Below are positions 1-8,203 of a stretch of DNA of 16,375 nt, piece after piece (position 1 is the stretch's first letter; each line of letters begins with the position of its first letter). The translations under genes were made by a program, and so were the position numbers. The stretch comes from Promethearchaeia archaeon (lineage in GTDB: Archaea > Asgardarchaeota > Lokiarchaeia > Sigyniarchaeales > SOKP01), in assembly GCA_029856145.1 (NCBI GenBank), contig JAHQWK010000027.1:1-16375 (forward strand). The letters run 5' to 3'. The notes beneath the pieces are model-generated. The model worked only from the letters and a program-made list of their open reading frames with translations. It ran no database searches and had not been told where the DNA came from.

Positions 1-362
1 AAGAAACAATAGAAAGGATTAAAACTAAGAAAATAGAAAAAGGAGATGCTCTTACTATAGCAAGAGTCTCTGCTATTAATGCTGTTAAAAAAGTACCAGA
101 TTTGATTCCCTTTTGTCATCCAATTCCTATAAATAATATTAGGGTAGATTTTGAAATCGAAGAAGAAGTTGTAAAAGCTACTTGTAGAGTTAAGAGTATT
201 GCGAAAACAGGAGTTGAGATGGAGGCTCTAACTGGAGTTAATATTGCTCTTCTGAATTTATGGGATGTAGTGAAAATGTATGAAAAGGATGAAAAAGGGC
301 AATATCCATCTACACAAATCTATGAAGTAAAGGTTGAGAAGAAAATCAAAGAAGATAGGTAA
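1..362 (+). CDS. moaC: Cyclic pyranopterin monophosphate synthase MoaC (5' truncated by window edge)
   Basis: The frame is open from base 3 (ETIERIKTKKIEKGDALTIARVSAINAVKKVPDLIPFCHP...), so the ORF-track TTG at 102 is internal. MoaC motifs KGD, LIPxCHP, TGVEMEAL and WDVVK are present. It heads the moa cluster. Confidence 0.95.
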   Translation, partial: ETIERIKTKKIEKGDALTIARVSAINAVKKVPDLIPFCHPIPINNIRVDFEIEEEVVKATCRVKSIAKTGVEMEALTGVNIALLNLWDVVKMYEKDEKGQYPSTQIYEVKVEKKIKEDR

Positions 363-368
363 TAGAAC

Positions 369-1289
369 ATGAAAGATAAATGTAATCGAGAAATTAAGCA
401 CATTAGATTTTCCATTACTTCCAAGTGTAATTATAATTGTATTTATTGCGACCAAGAAGGCTTTATACCAAAAACTTCAGATTTAACTGTGGATGAGATA
501 ACAAAATTATGTAAAATTTTGGCTGAAATACTGAATGTAACTAGGATTAAATTTACTGGTGGAGAGCCTTTATGCCGGGAAGAAATCGGACAAATAATAA
601 AAAATGTTTCTGATCTGCATCTTTATAAAGATATCTCCATGACTACCAATGGGCTCCTCTTATACGAAAAAGCACAAGAATTATATAATGCAGGTTTAAA
701 TCGTATAAACGTATCACTTGGTTCACTGAAGCCAGAAGTATATAAAGAAATATATGGCTCGGATTCTCTAGAAAAAGTATTAAAAGGTTTAAAGAAAGCA
801 AAAGAAGTAGGATTCAACCCAATAAAATTGAATTTTGTTTTAATGAAAGAGCTCAATGATGATGAATTAGATAATATGATTGATTTTTGTGGAAAAAATG
901 GATATGTTTTGCAATTAATAGAATTACATGAAGTTTCAGATGCAATAGGAAGGAATGGTGATTTTTATAAAAAACACTACTTTGATGTTAAACCTGTCAT
1001 AGAACAACTTGAATCAAAAGCTATAAATACAATAATAAGAGGTTCTATGCAAAATCGAAAAGTATTCATATTACCTAATTCCGCAGTTATCGAAACTATT
1101 ACTCCCAGTCATGAATTTTGTATGGGGTGTACTAAATTACGTGTTGGATGTGACGGAAACCTTTTTGGATGTTTATATCGATCCGATCTTGGAAAAAATA
1201 TTAAGGAAGCTATCCGAAATCATCATTCATTAGGTAAATATGAACAAATTGTTAAACAAGTTGTTGATTCCCGAGAGCCTTATTATTAA
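369..1289 (+). CDS. moaA: GTP 3',8-cyclase MoaA (radical SAM, archaeal type)
   Basis: CNYNCIYC radical-SAM motif, FTGGEP, MTTNG, and a second cluster motif FCMGC..LR...G....CL. It ends in REPYY without the bacterial GG tail, as archaeal MoaA does. Confidence 0.95.
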   Translation: MKDKCNREIKHIRFSITSKCNYNCIYCDQEGFIPKTSDLTVDEITKLCKILAEILNVTRIKFTGGEPLCREEIGQIIKNVSDLHLYKDISMTTNGLLLYEKAQELYNAGLNRINVSLGSLKPEVYKEIYGSDSLEKVLKGLKKAKEVGFNPIKLNFVLMKELNDDELDNMIDFCGKNGYVLQLIELHEVSDAIGRNGDFYKKHYFDVKPVIEQLESKAINTIIRGSMQNRKVFILPNSAVIETITPSHEFCMGCTKLRVGCDGNLFGCLYRSDLGKNIKEAIRNHHSLGKYEQIVKQVVDSREPYY

Positions 1290-1314
1290 TAATTATCAAA
1301 ATTAATTTAAAAAA

Positions 1315-1593
1315 ATGATTGTAGAAGTCCTTTATTTTGCCGAACTTAAGGATATCGCGGGTAAAGAGAAAGAGAAATTTGAATTACCTGTTAATAATTT
1401 ATTGGGATTACTAAATATCTTATTTGAAAAATATAAGTTAAAAAATCTAATTTGGGATGATAAAAATCAAAAAATACATAATTTAATTTCAATAATAATA
1501 AATAATCAAGCAATCCATGAGAAAGATCCATCATCAATTAATTTAAAAGATGGAGATACAATTGCTTTCTTATTACCCGTATCAGGAGGTTAA
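1315..1593 (+). CDS. moaD: MoaD/SAMP-type ubiquitin-like sulfur carrier
   Basis: 92 aa; N-terminal VEVLYFAELKD and C-terminal LKDGDTIAFLLPVSGG diglycine; lies between moaA and moaE. Confidence 0.93.
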   Translation: MIVEVLYFAELKDIAGKEKEKFELPVNNLLGLLNILFEKYKLKNLIWDDKNQKIHNLISIIINNQAIHEKDPSSINLKDGDTIAFLLPVSGG

Positions 1594-1599
1594 TACAAT

Positions 1600-2049
1600 A
1601 TGGAATCTAATGAAGAATTTCAACTTAAATCCGGTATTTATTATAAAGGAGAAGTTAAATTAGAGAGTATCATTGAATCAATAAAAAGAAACCCTGATAT
1701 AAAAAAGGCAGGATCTGTTCACACATTTACCGGAATTGTAAGAGATTCCTCTGTAAATGGTAAACCAGTAATTAGTATGAAAATTGATGCTTATGATGAA
1801 TTAGCAAATAAAAGCATTACTATAATATGCGAAAGTTTAAAACAAGAAGAAGGAATAATTGATGTTAAAATCATTCATTTGAAAGGAGATTTTGATCTTT
1901 CTGAAGATCTCGTTTATGTTGTGGTAGCATCGGCACACAGAAGAGAAGGTTTTGAAGTGATTAGTAAAGCTGTTGAGATGTATAAAAAAGAAATAGCAGT
2001 ATGGAAAAGAGAAGATTTTAGTGATGGATCATCCGAATGGATTCACTAA
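1600..2049 (+). CDS. moaE: Molybdopterin synthase catalytic subunit MoaE
   Basis: GSVHTFTGIVR, IIH, VVVASAHRREGF and K...VWKRE motifs; directly follows moaD. Confidence 0.93.
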   Translation: MESNEEFQLKSGIYYKGEVKLESIIESIKRNPDIKKAGSVHTFTGIVRDSSVNGKPVISMKIDAYDELANKSITIICESLKQEEGIIDVKIIHLKGDFDLSEDLVYVVVASAHRREGFEVISKAVEMYKKEIAVWKREDFSDGSSEWIH

Positions 2050-2119
2050 AAATGGTCTATTGAAGATTAAATAATAAATTTTGAGTAATTTAAGCATATG
2101 AAAAATATTTGATTCTTAT

Positions 2120-3346
2120 ATGAAGTTTTTAAAAACTATTAGTGTAGAAGAATTCAGAAATATTCTTAATTCAATCCAAAAGATAGTAACGGATGAAGAA
2201 ATAGTCTCTCTAGGAGATTGTTTCAATAGAATTATTTCTAGGGATATTAATGCTAATATAAATGTCCCTCATTTTAGAAAATCACGAATGGATGGATATG
2301 CTGCAATTGCTGAGGATACTTTTGGGGCAGAAGAAGATAACTTAATCGAACTTGAGTTAATTGATACAATCCAAGCAGGAGATATATCTCAAACGAAGTT
2401 AAACAGGGGTCAATGTTTTTATGTAGCAACTGGAGCCCCGATCCCTGAAAATTCTAATGGAGTAGTTATGGTCGAATTTACAGATAGACAAAGCAATAAG
2501 ATTGTAATTTCTAAAGCTGTAACTCCTGGCACCTACATTATCGAAATAGGACACGATGTAAAAGAAGGAGATCTTATCATTAAAAAAGATACGTTAAGTG
2601 ATTTAGCTACTATAGGTATTCTAGCTTCATGTGGTATTAAAGAAGTACATGTATATAAGAAACCAGTTGTAAGTCTTATAAGCACAGGGAATGAATTAGT
2701 AAGCCAAGACATAAAAGAATTAAAGATTGGTAAGATTTACGATATAAATTCAGTTGTATTGAAAAAAGCTATTGAAAATACAGGTGTTCTAGTAAATTTC
2801 TTAGGTGTTGTAAAAGATCATTATGAGGATTTGAAGTACATTATTAATAAGGCATTAGATAATAGTGATATTGTTATTCTATCCGGGGGTACATCTAAAG
2901 GTGAAGGAGATTTAGGTCCAAGAGTTTTAGAAGATTTTACTGATATAGAAATCTATGTTCATGGAGTAAAAATTAAACCAGGCAAACCGATTATATTTGT
3001 AAAAATGAAGAAGAAAATATTATTTATTTTACCAGGTTATCCTACTTCTGCTTTAAGTTGTTTTTATGTTTTTATTGATAATTTTCTAAGAAAAATGTCT
3101 GGTTTCCCTTTAAGAGAGAAATTTTCAAAAGAAATGGAAGTTGGAGAGAGAATATATAGTACAGTCGGTCGACATGAGTTTAAAGCGATAAAAATTCAAG
3201 AAAATGAAGGTGAAAAGAAAATTTTTTCTATTAAAACGGGTTCAGAAGCAATAAGCACGATGTTCTATGCTGATGGATATATAGAAATTGATGAATTAGA
3301 ATCAATTATTGAAAGAGGAGATAAAAGAAGAGTTTATTTCTTCTAA
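2120..3346 (+). CDS. moeA: Molybdopterin molybdo/tungstotransferase MoeA, paralog 1
   Basis: SRMDGYA, ATGAPIP, STGNEL, SGGTSKGEGD, IKPGKP, LPGYP, ADG motifs; 408 aa. Confidence 0.93.
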   Translation: MKFLKTISVEEFRNILNSIQKIVTDEEIVSLGDCFNRIISRDINANINVPHFRKSRMDGYAAIAEDTFGAEEDNLIELELIDTIQAGDISQTKLNRGQCFYVATGAPIPENSNGVVMVEFTDRQSNKIVISKAVTPGTYIIEIGHDVKEGDLIIKKDTLSDLATIGILASCGIKEVHVYKKPVVSLISTGNELVSQDIKELKIGKIYDINSVVLKKAIENTGVLVNFLGVVKDHYEDLKYIINKALDNSDIVILSGGTSKGEGDLGPRVLEDFTDIEIYVHGVKIKPGKPIIFVKMKKKILFILPGYPTSALSCFYVFIDNFLRKMSGFPLREKFSKEMEVGERIYSTVGRHEFKAIKIQENEGEKKIFSIKTGSEAISTMFYADGYIEIDELESIIERGDKRRVYFF

Positions 3347-3368
3347 AAAATATCGAATTAGAAATAAA

Positions 3369-3938
3369 ATGGTTAAAATGATAAAAAAAACAAAAGTTCC
3401 CCAAGAACACAAAAAGAAGGCTCCTGAAAAAATAAATTTGGCTTTAATCATTGTAAGTACAAGTCGATTTAATGAGATGGAATCTGGAAATAAAAGCTCA
3501 GATAAAACAATCCCAAAGGTTAAACGATTATTGAAAGATGATCAAACAATTTCATTAACTTTTACTAGTATTATACCGGATTCCGAAGATCACATAAAGA
3601 GAGTCACATTAAAACTATTGAAAGATCCTACGATTGATTCAATCATATTTAGTGGAGGAACAGGTCTCTCAGAAAAAGATATCACATTTGAAACCTTGGA
3701 ACCTCGTTTAGAAAAAAAATTTAATGGTTTTGGCGAACTCTTTAGATCACTATCTTACAATGAAATAGGTACTTCAGCTATGTTATCAAGAGCAACTGCG
3801 GGTATTTTGAGAGGGAAAAAAAAGAATGTAGCCATTTTTCTACTCCCAGGCTCTCCTAATGCTGTAAGGCTGGCTTTTCAATATATTTTAATCCCCGAAT
3901 TAGGACATATTTTATACCTAATTAATAAAGAAGAGTAA
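3369..3938 (+). CDS. moaB: Molybdopterin adenylyltransferase, MoaB/MogA family
   Basis: IIVSTSR, IIPD, SGGTG...DIT.E, GFGELFR, SRATAG, LPGSPNAV. The start is more likely ATG 3369 or 3378 than the TTG at 3309, which overlaps moeA. Confidence 0.9.
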   Translation: MVKMIKKTKVPQEHKKKAPEKINLALIIVSTSRFNEMESGNKSSDKTIPKVKRLLKDDQTISLTFTSIIPDSEDHIKRVTLKLLKDPTIDSIIFSGGTGLSEKDITFETLEPRLEKKFNGFGELFRSLSYNEIGTSAMLSRATAGILRGKKKNVAIFLLPGSPNAVRLAFQYILIPELGHILYLINKEE

Positions 3939-3940
3939 TA

Positions 3941-5191
3941 ATGACGGAAAAACTTCGGACAATAGGATTTTCGAAATTAACACCTTTAAAGGATGCTTTA
4001 GAAAAACTTAATTCAAAAATCCAAATAAATCCAACTGAGGAAATTGAAATTAAAGATGCTTTAAATCGTATTTTAGCAGATAATATAATTAGCAAAATAA
4101 GTATCCCACCTTTTGATCGATCAGCTATGGATGGCTATGCTATTAAAGCAGAAGATTCATTTGGTGCATCTCCTAAAAATCCAAAGGAGATCAAACTTGT
4201 TGGGATAATTGAAATAGGAGAATTTTCAAAATTTAAAATTGATAGGGGGGAAGGAATCAGGATTTCCACTGGAGCACCAATACCAGAAGGTTCAGATGCA
4301 GTAATTAAAATTGAAGATACTGAAATTGAAAAAGATTTGATTAGTCTTTATACTTCCCTGGTCCCAGGAAAAAATATTTCAAAGAAAGGGGAAGATATCA
4401 AGAAAGGAACTCATGTTTTAAGCAAAGGTACAGAATTAAAAGCTGAACATATTGCACTTTTAACTTCATTAGGTTTTAATAAAATAAAAGTAAGGATTAG
4501 ACCAAAAATTAGTATTTTCTCGTCTGGAGATGAGTTACTTGAACCGGGTGTTCCTCTAGAACCAGGAAAAATTTACAATTCCAACACACCAATGATATCA
4601 GCATTAATAGAATTGTATGGTGGCAATGCTATACGAGGTGAAACAATTCAAGATGATAAAGAAGCTATTAAGAAGAAATTATTGGAAGCAGTAGAAGATT
4701 CTCAGATTATCATATTTACTGGGGGTACTTCAATCGGCACAAAAGATTATCTACCAGAGATTATTGAAGAATCGGGTATGATTCTAACACATGGGATTGC
4801 TCAGAGACCGGGAGCTCCAGTTTTGATAGGTTTTTTGAGTGAAACTTTAATATTTTGCCTGCCTGGAACTCCTGTTGCGGCTTATGTTTCTTTTTTAAGA
4901 ATTGCTGGACCTGCAATTAGAAAAATGTTAGGATGCTTAGTTTTTGATCCAAGAATAGAAATTATTGCTACAATTAGTAAAGACGTTCCAGTTTCAGCTC
5001 TAGGATTTCTTCATCATTTAAGGGTAAACCTTGAGAAATCTGAAGAGGAATTTATTGCAAACCCTGTTAAATTAAGAGGGTCTGGTGTGATAAGCTCACT
5101 AACTTTCTCAGATGGAATAGTTGAGATTTCACCAGATCAGGAAGGGTTAAAAAAGGGAGATAAAGTCAAAGTAAAACTCTTTCCTAAATGA
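3941..5191 (+). CDS. moeA: Molybdopterin molybdo/tungstotransferase MoeA, paralog 2
   Basis: PPFDRSAMDGYA, STGAPIPEG, SGDEL, NSN, GGTS.G.KD, LPGTP, GSGVISSL; starts 2 nt after the moaB stop. Confidence 0.93.
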   Translation: MTEKLRTIGFSKLTPLKDALEKLNSKIQINPTEEIEIKDALNRILADNIISKISIPPFDRSAMDGYAIKAEDSFGASPKNPKEIKLVGIIEIGEFSKFKIDRGEGIRISTGAPIPEGSDAVIKIEDTEIEKDLISLYTSLVPGKNISKKGEDIKKGTHVLSKGTELKAEHIALLTSLGFNKIKVRIRPKISIFSSGDELLEPGVPLEPGKIYNSNTPMISALIELYGGNAIRGETIQDDKEAIKKKLLEAVEDSQIIIFTGGTSIGTKDYLPEIIEESGMILTHGIAQRPGAPVLIGFLSETLIFCLPGTPVAAYVSFLRIAGPAIRKMLGCLVFDPRIEIIATISKDVPVSALGFLHHLRVNLEKSEEEFIANPVKLRGSGVISSLTFSDGIVEISPDQEGLKKGDKVKVKLFPK

Positions 5192-5233
5192 TAATTCAAA
5201 TAATTATAATTAAACTTATATCAATACTTTATC

Positions 5234-5332
5234 ATGACTAAAAAAGAAAAAATAGTGTTAATAGGAGCTGGATCCATGATATTTGGGTCAGGTGCAGTCG
5301 CCAATATAATGGATCCAATTAAACTAAGTTAA
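5234..5332 (+). pseudogene. N-terminal remnant of a family-4 (NAD-dependent) glycoside hydrolase-like Rossmann protein
   Basis: Translates to MTKKEKIVLIGAGSMIFGSGAVANIMDPIKLS*. KIVLIGAGSxxF matches the GH4 N-terminal NAD-binding strand, but the frame stops after 32 codons. Confidence 0.6.
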
Positions 5333-5352
5333 TTTTGTTTTTTCCTTTTTTT
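5333..5352 (+). terminator. Oligo-T tract, putative archaeal terminator
   Basis: TTTTGTTTTTTCCTTTTTTT directly after the GH4 remnant, separating the moa operon from the MoxR gene. Confidence 0.4.
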
Positions 5353-5430
5353 CATCAGAATAATTTTATCATTTGATTGATGACAATTTATAATGAAAAA
5401 TTATTTTAGATATGCTTAACTCTCAAACTT

Positions 5431-6312
5431 ATGGTTGATACAACCAGAGTAGTTAAAGAAATACAAGTTAAATATAAAATAATTGGTAGAACCGAAGAGT
5501 TAAGACAAATTGTTTTAGCTCATGCAGTAGGTAAAAATATATTACTAGAAGGAAACGTGGGTGTCGGTAAAACCAGATTAGCTAAAGCTGTTGCTAAATA
5601 CCATGGTTCTAATGATTCTAATTTCTTTAGGGTAGACTGTAGCGAAGAATTGCTTCCTCATAATCTTGTTGGATATTTTGAACCCCCTCTTGTAATTGTG
5701 AAAGGTTATATTGAAGATTCATATAAATATGGGCCATTAGCCTTAGCCATGATGAATGGTGGATGTTTATTTATAAACGAAATAAATAGAATGCCAGAAA
5801 GTACACAAAATTCATTGTTAACATCTTTAGATGAAGGAATCCTTGAAATATCTAAATTAAAAACAATTAAAGCTCATAAAGACTTCTTTGTTATGGCAAC
5901 GCAAAACCCTGCCGCACATGTAGGAGTCACAGTATTAGGGGAAGCTTTAAAAGATAGATTTATATGGATTAACTTGAATTATCAAAATCCTGAAGAGGAA
6001 ACTCTAATTATCAAACAAGAAGCTAATTTGAATAGTGGTAATGCCAACAAAATAGCAATTATTTCTCAAAATATCATTCAAGTAACCAGAGAAAGTACAT
6101 CAATACGTAGAGGAAGTTCGATTAGAGGAGCAATAGATTTAGCCACTTTAATCAATCAATATGATAACAACAATAGTACTAAAAATTGGGTTGAAGCTGC
6201 TGTAATGGCATTATATAATAAAATTGAGCTCGAAGATGGCTTGACTCAATCCAAAAATGAAATTATTACTAATATTGTTTTAACTGTATTAAATAAATCG
6301 GATTTTCAATAA
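5431..6312 (+). CDS. MoxR-family AAA+ ATPase
   Basis: Walker A GNVGVGKT, Walker B-like LFINEINR, ATQNP sensor-1, ALKDRF arginine finger, SIRGAID sensor-2 region; VWA gene directly downstream. Confidence 0.9.
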   Translation: MVDTTRVVKEIQVKYKIIGRTEELRQIVLAHAVGKNILLEGNVGVGKTRLAKAVAKYHGSNDSNFFRVDCSEELLPHNLVGYFEPPLVIVKGYIEDSYKYGPLALAMMNGGCLFINEINRMPESTQNSLLTSLDEGILEISKLKTIKAHKDFFVMATQNPAAHVGVTVLGEALKDRFIWINLNYQNPEEETLIIKQEANLNSGNANKIAIISQNIIQVTRESTSIRRGSSIRGAIDLATLINQYDNNNSTKNWVEAAVMALYNKIELEDGLTQSKNEIITNIVLTVLNKSDFQ

Positions 6313-6356
6313 TCGATGATTTCTCTGAGGAAGAGTCTGAAGAGATTGAGAAAAGG

Positions 6357-7421
6357 TTGCATGTAAGGCTTACTGAAAGTCGACCAGATAAGAAAATATT
6401 AGAATATGAAATAATTCGAAAAAAGAAGAAAAAACCTGATTATTATAGACATTTAGCTAATACATTAGATTACAAACAAATTAAAGATTTGACATATCTA
6501 GCAATTCAATATAAAAATCTTGAAGCTCTTATGGGACTACTCAAATCAAACGTGTATGCCGCTAGTGATGCTTTAGATACGGAAGACGGAATAAAATTTT
6601 TCTCAGAAAAAGCAGCAGAATCAGGAGATTTCATGCCAGAAATCTACTTCTTTATAAGACGTCCTATTTCTAAAAAATATAAATCAATCTTTAGACGATT
6701 AGCACGCCAAAGTATTTTAAAACTGTCTTTAAAAATAACAAGTAGAGGAATTAGAGGCCAATTCAAAAAAACAGTCCCTTATTATCAAATGGGTATGCCA
6801 GAATTTAGTATAGATGAAACAATTCAGCATAATCCATTAAAAATTTATGAAAAGAACTTGAATTATAAAGATATCTATGGAATTGAAAGAAAACGACAAA
6901 AAAGAAAAGTAGTCTTAATTTTAGATACGAGTGGAAGTATGTATGGGCGTTTACTATTAAACGCTGCTCTTACAACATCGGTTTTAGCTTACAATATGGA
7001 AAAAGAAGATTATGCTATTGTATTATTTAATTCCACAGTAATGGTTATGAAAAAAATTAATCAGAAAAAACCAATTGTTTCAATTATTGATGATATTTTG
7101 GATTCTGAAGCTGCTGGATTTACAAATATATCTATTGGCTTAGAAAAGGGATTAAAAGAACTAAATAAAATAAAAGAAAATAGAAAAAGCCGTTTTGGTA
7201 TTTTAATTACCGATGGAAATTATAACCGTGGAGATAATCCTCTTATTTTAGCAAAAGCCTTTCCTAGGCTTCATGTCATCGGAATGCCTGCAGAAAATGA
7301 CGCTGATCAAGGTATTGAGACATGTCGAGAAATTGCTAAAGCTGGAAGAGGAAAATTTTATGCTGTAAATGATTATAAAGAAATTCCACGAGCTTTAATT
7401 GAATTACTATCTCAAACTTAA
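6357..7421 (+). CDS. VWA-domain (MIDAS) partner of the MoxR ATPase; start uncertain, possibly translated as a -1 frameshift fusion
   Basis: Intact MIDAS: LILDTSGSM (DxSxS), GFTN (T), LITDG (D). The frame is open from 6297 and the first in-frame ATG is at 6531. Confidence 0.88.
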   Translation: MHVRLTESRPDKKILEYEIIRKKKKKPDYYRHLANTLDYKQIKDLTYLAIQYKNLEALMGLLKSNVYAASDALDTEDGIKFFSEKAAESGDFMPEIYFFIRRPISKKYKSIFRRLARQSILKLSLKITSRGIRGQFKKTVPYYQMGMPEFSIDETIQHNPLKIYEKNLNYKDIYGIERKRQKRKVVLILDTSGSMYGRLLLNAALTTSVLAYNMEKEDYAIVLFNSTVMVMKKINQKKPIVSIIDDILDSEAAGFTNISIGLEKGLKELNKIKENRKSRFGILITDGNYNRGDNPLILAKAFPRLHVIGMPAENDADQGIETCREIAKAGRGKFYAVNDYKEIPRALIELLSQT

Positions 7422-7621
7422 TTTTATTCTTTCTGAAAAAGTATAATTCAATGCTTTAATCATACATATCAAATTTTAAGATACAATAAAATATTTAGTC
7501 ATTTTTATACTATTTATAAATATTAGATTTGTTTATAATGAATTAGGTTCATTAAAATAATCCATTTAAAATGATATAAATTCAACTATATTAGTATTAT
7601 AAATAATAAAGTGAGATTGAT

Positions 7622-8203
7622 TTGGCTTTCGAAGAAGAAAAACCTGCCTATGTCTTTAAAATTTGTTTGATTGGTAGTGGAGCTGTAGGAAAAACATGTA
7701 TAGCTCGAAGATTATGTTTTGATACTTTTGATGCAAACACTCAATTGACAATCGGAATAGACTTTTACACCTACGACATCCCAATCATAGTAAAAGGTGA
7801 GGAAACATTTGTAAGACATACAATTTGGGACTTTGGGGGGCAAGAACAATTTAAACGATTATTTAATTATTACATTGATGGTGCAAATGGTATATTTTTA
7901 GTTTTTGAGTTAGTAAAATTAGAAAGTTTAACACGTTTAGATTGGTGGTATGACAGGTTGGTAGAACACAATCTTCATGAACGTCCTAAAATACTAATTG
8001 GTACTAAACTTGATTTAGTTCAAAGTGAAAGTAAAAAACATAAGGTTGATGAATTAATAATTGAGCAATTTCTTACAAAACATAACGAACAAGATTATGT
8101 AAAGACTTCTTCAAAGGAGAATATAAATGTTTTCCATAGTTTTAAAGAAATGACTAAAAAGATTCTAGAATCTCATAATTTAGATTATGATGGATTTATT
8201 TAA
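7622..8203 (+). CDS. Rab-like small GTPase (eukaryotic signature protein)
   Basis: G1 GSGAVGKT, G2 TIGIDF, G3 WDFGGQ, G4 TKLD, G5 TSSK. TTG start preceded by GTGAG. No C-terminal cysteine. Confidence 0.92.
   Translation: MAFEEEKPAYVFKICLIGSGAVGKTCIARRLCFDTFDANTQLTIGIDFYTYDIPIIVKGEETFVRHTIWDFGGQEQFKRLFNYYIDGANGIFLVFELVKLESLTRLDWWYDRLVEHNLHERPKILIGTKLDLVQSESKKHKVDELIIEQFLTKHNEQDYVKTSSKENINVFHSFKEMTKKILESHNLDYDGFI

Noticed and set aside
720-722. MoaA NVSLGSL (Gly where Asp is common)
   Set aside because: This position varies among archaeal MoaA as I recall, and all Fe-S ligands are intact, so there is no evidence of inactivation.
258-856. Minus-strand ORFs 258-455 and 623-856
   Set aside because: Antisense shadows of moaC and moaA with no recognisable motifs.
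3309-3368. Extended MoaB N-terminus from TTG 3309
   Set aside because: Overlaps the moeA 3' end by 38 nt; ATGs at 3369 and 3378 give a normal-length protein.
5189-5194. Selenocysteine readthrough at the moeA TGA
   Set aside because: The TGA is immediately followed by TAA and the protein is already complete.
6316-6366. ATG at 6316 as the VWA start
   Set aside because: It is in the ATPase frame and closes after 16 codons, so it cannot initiate the VWA protein.
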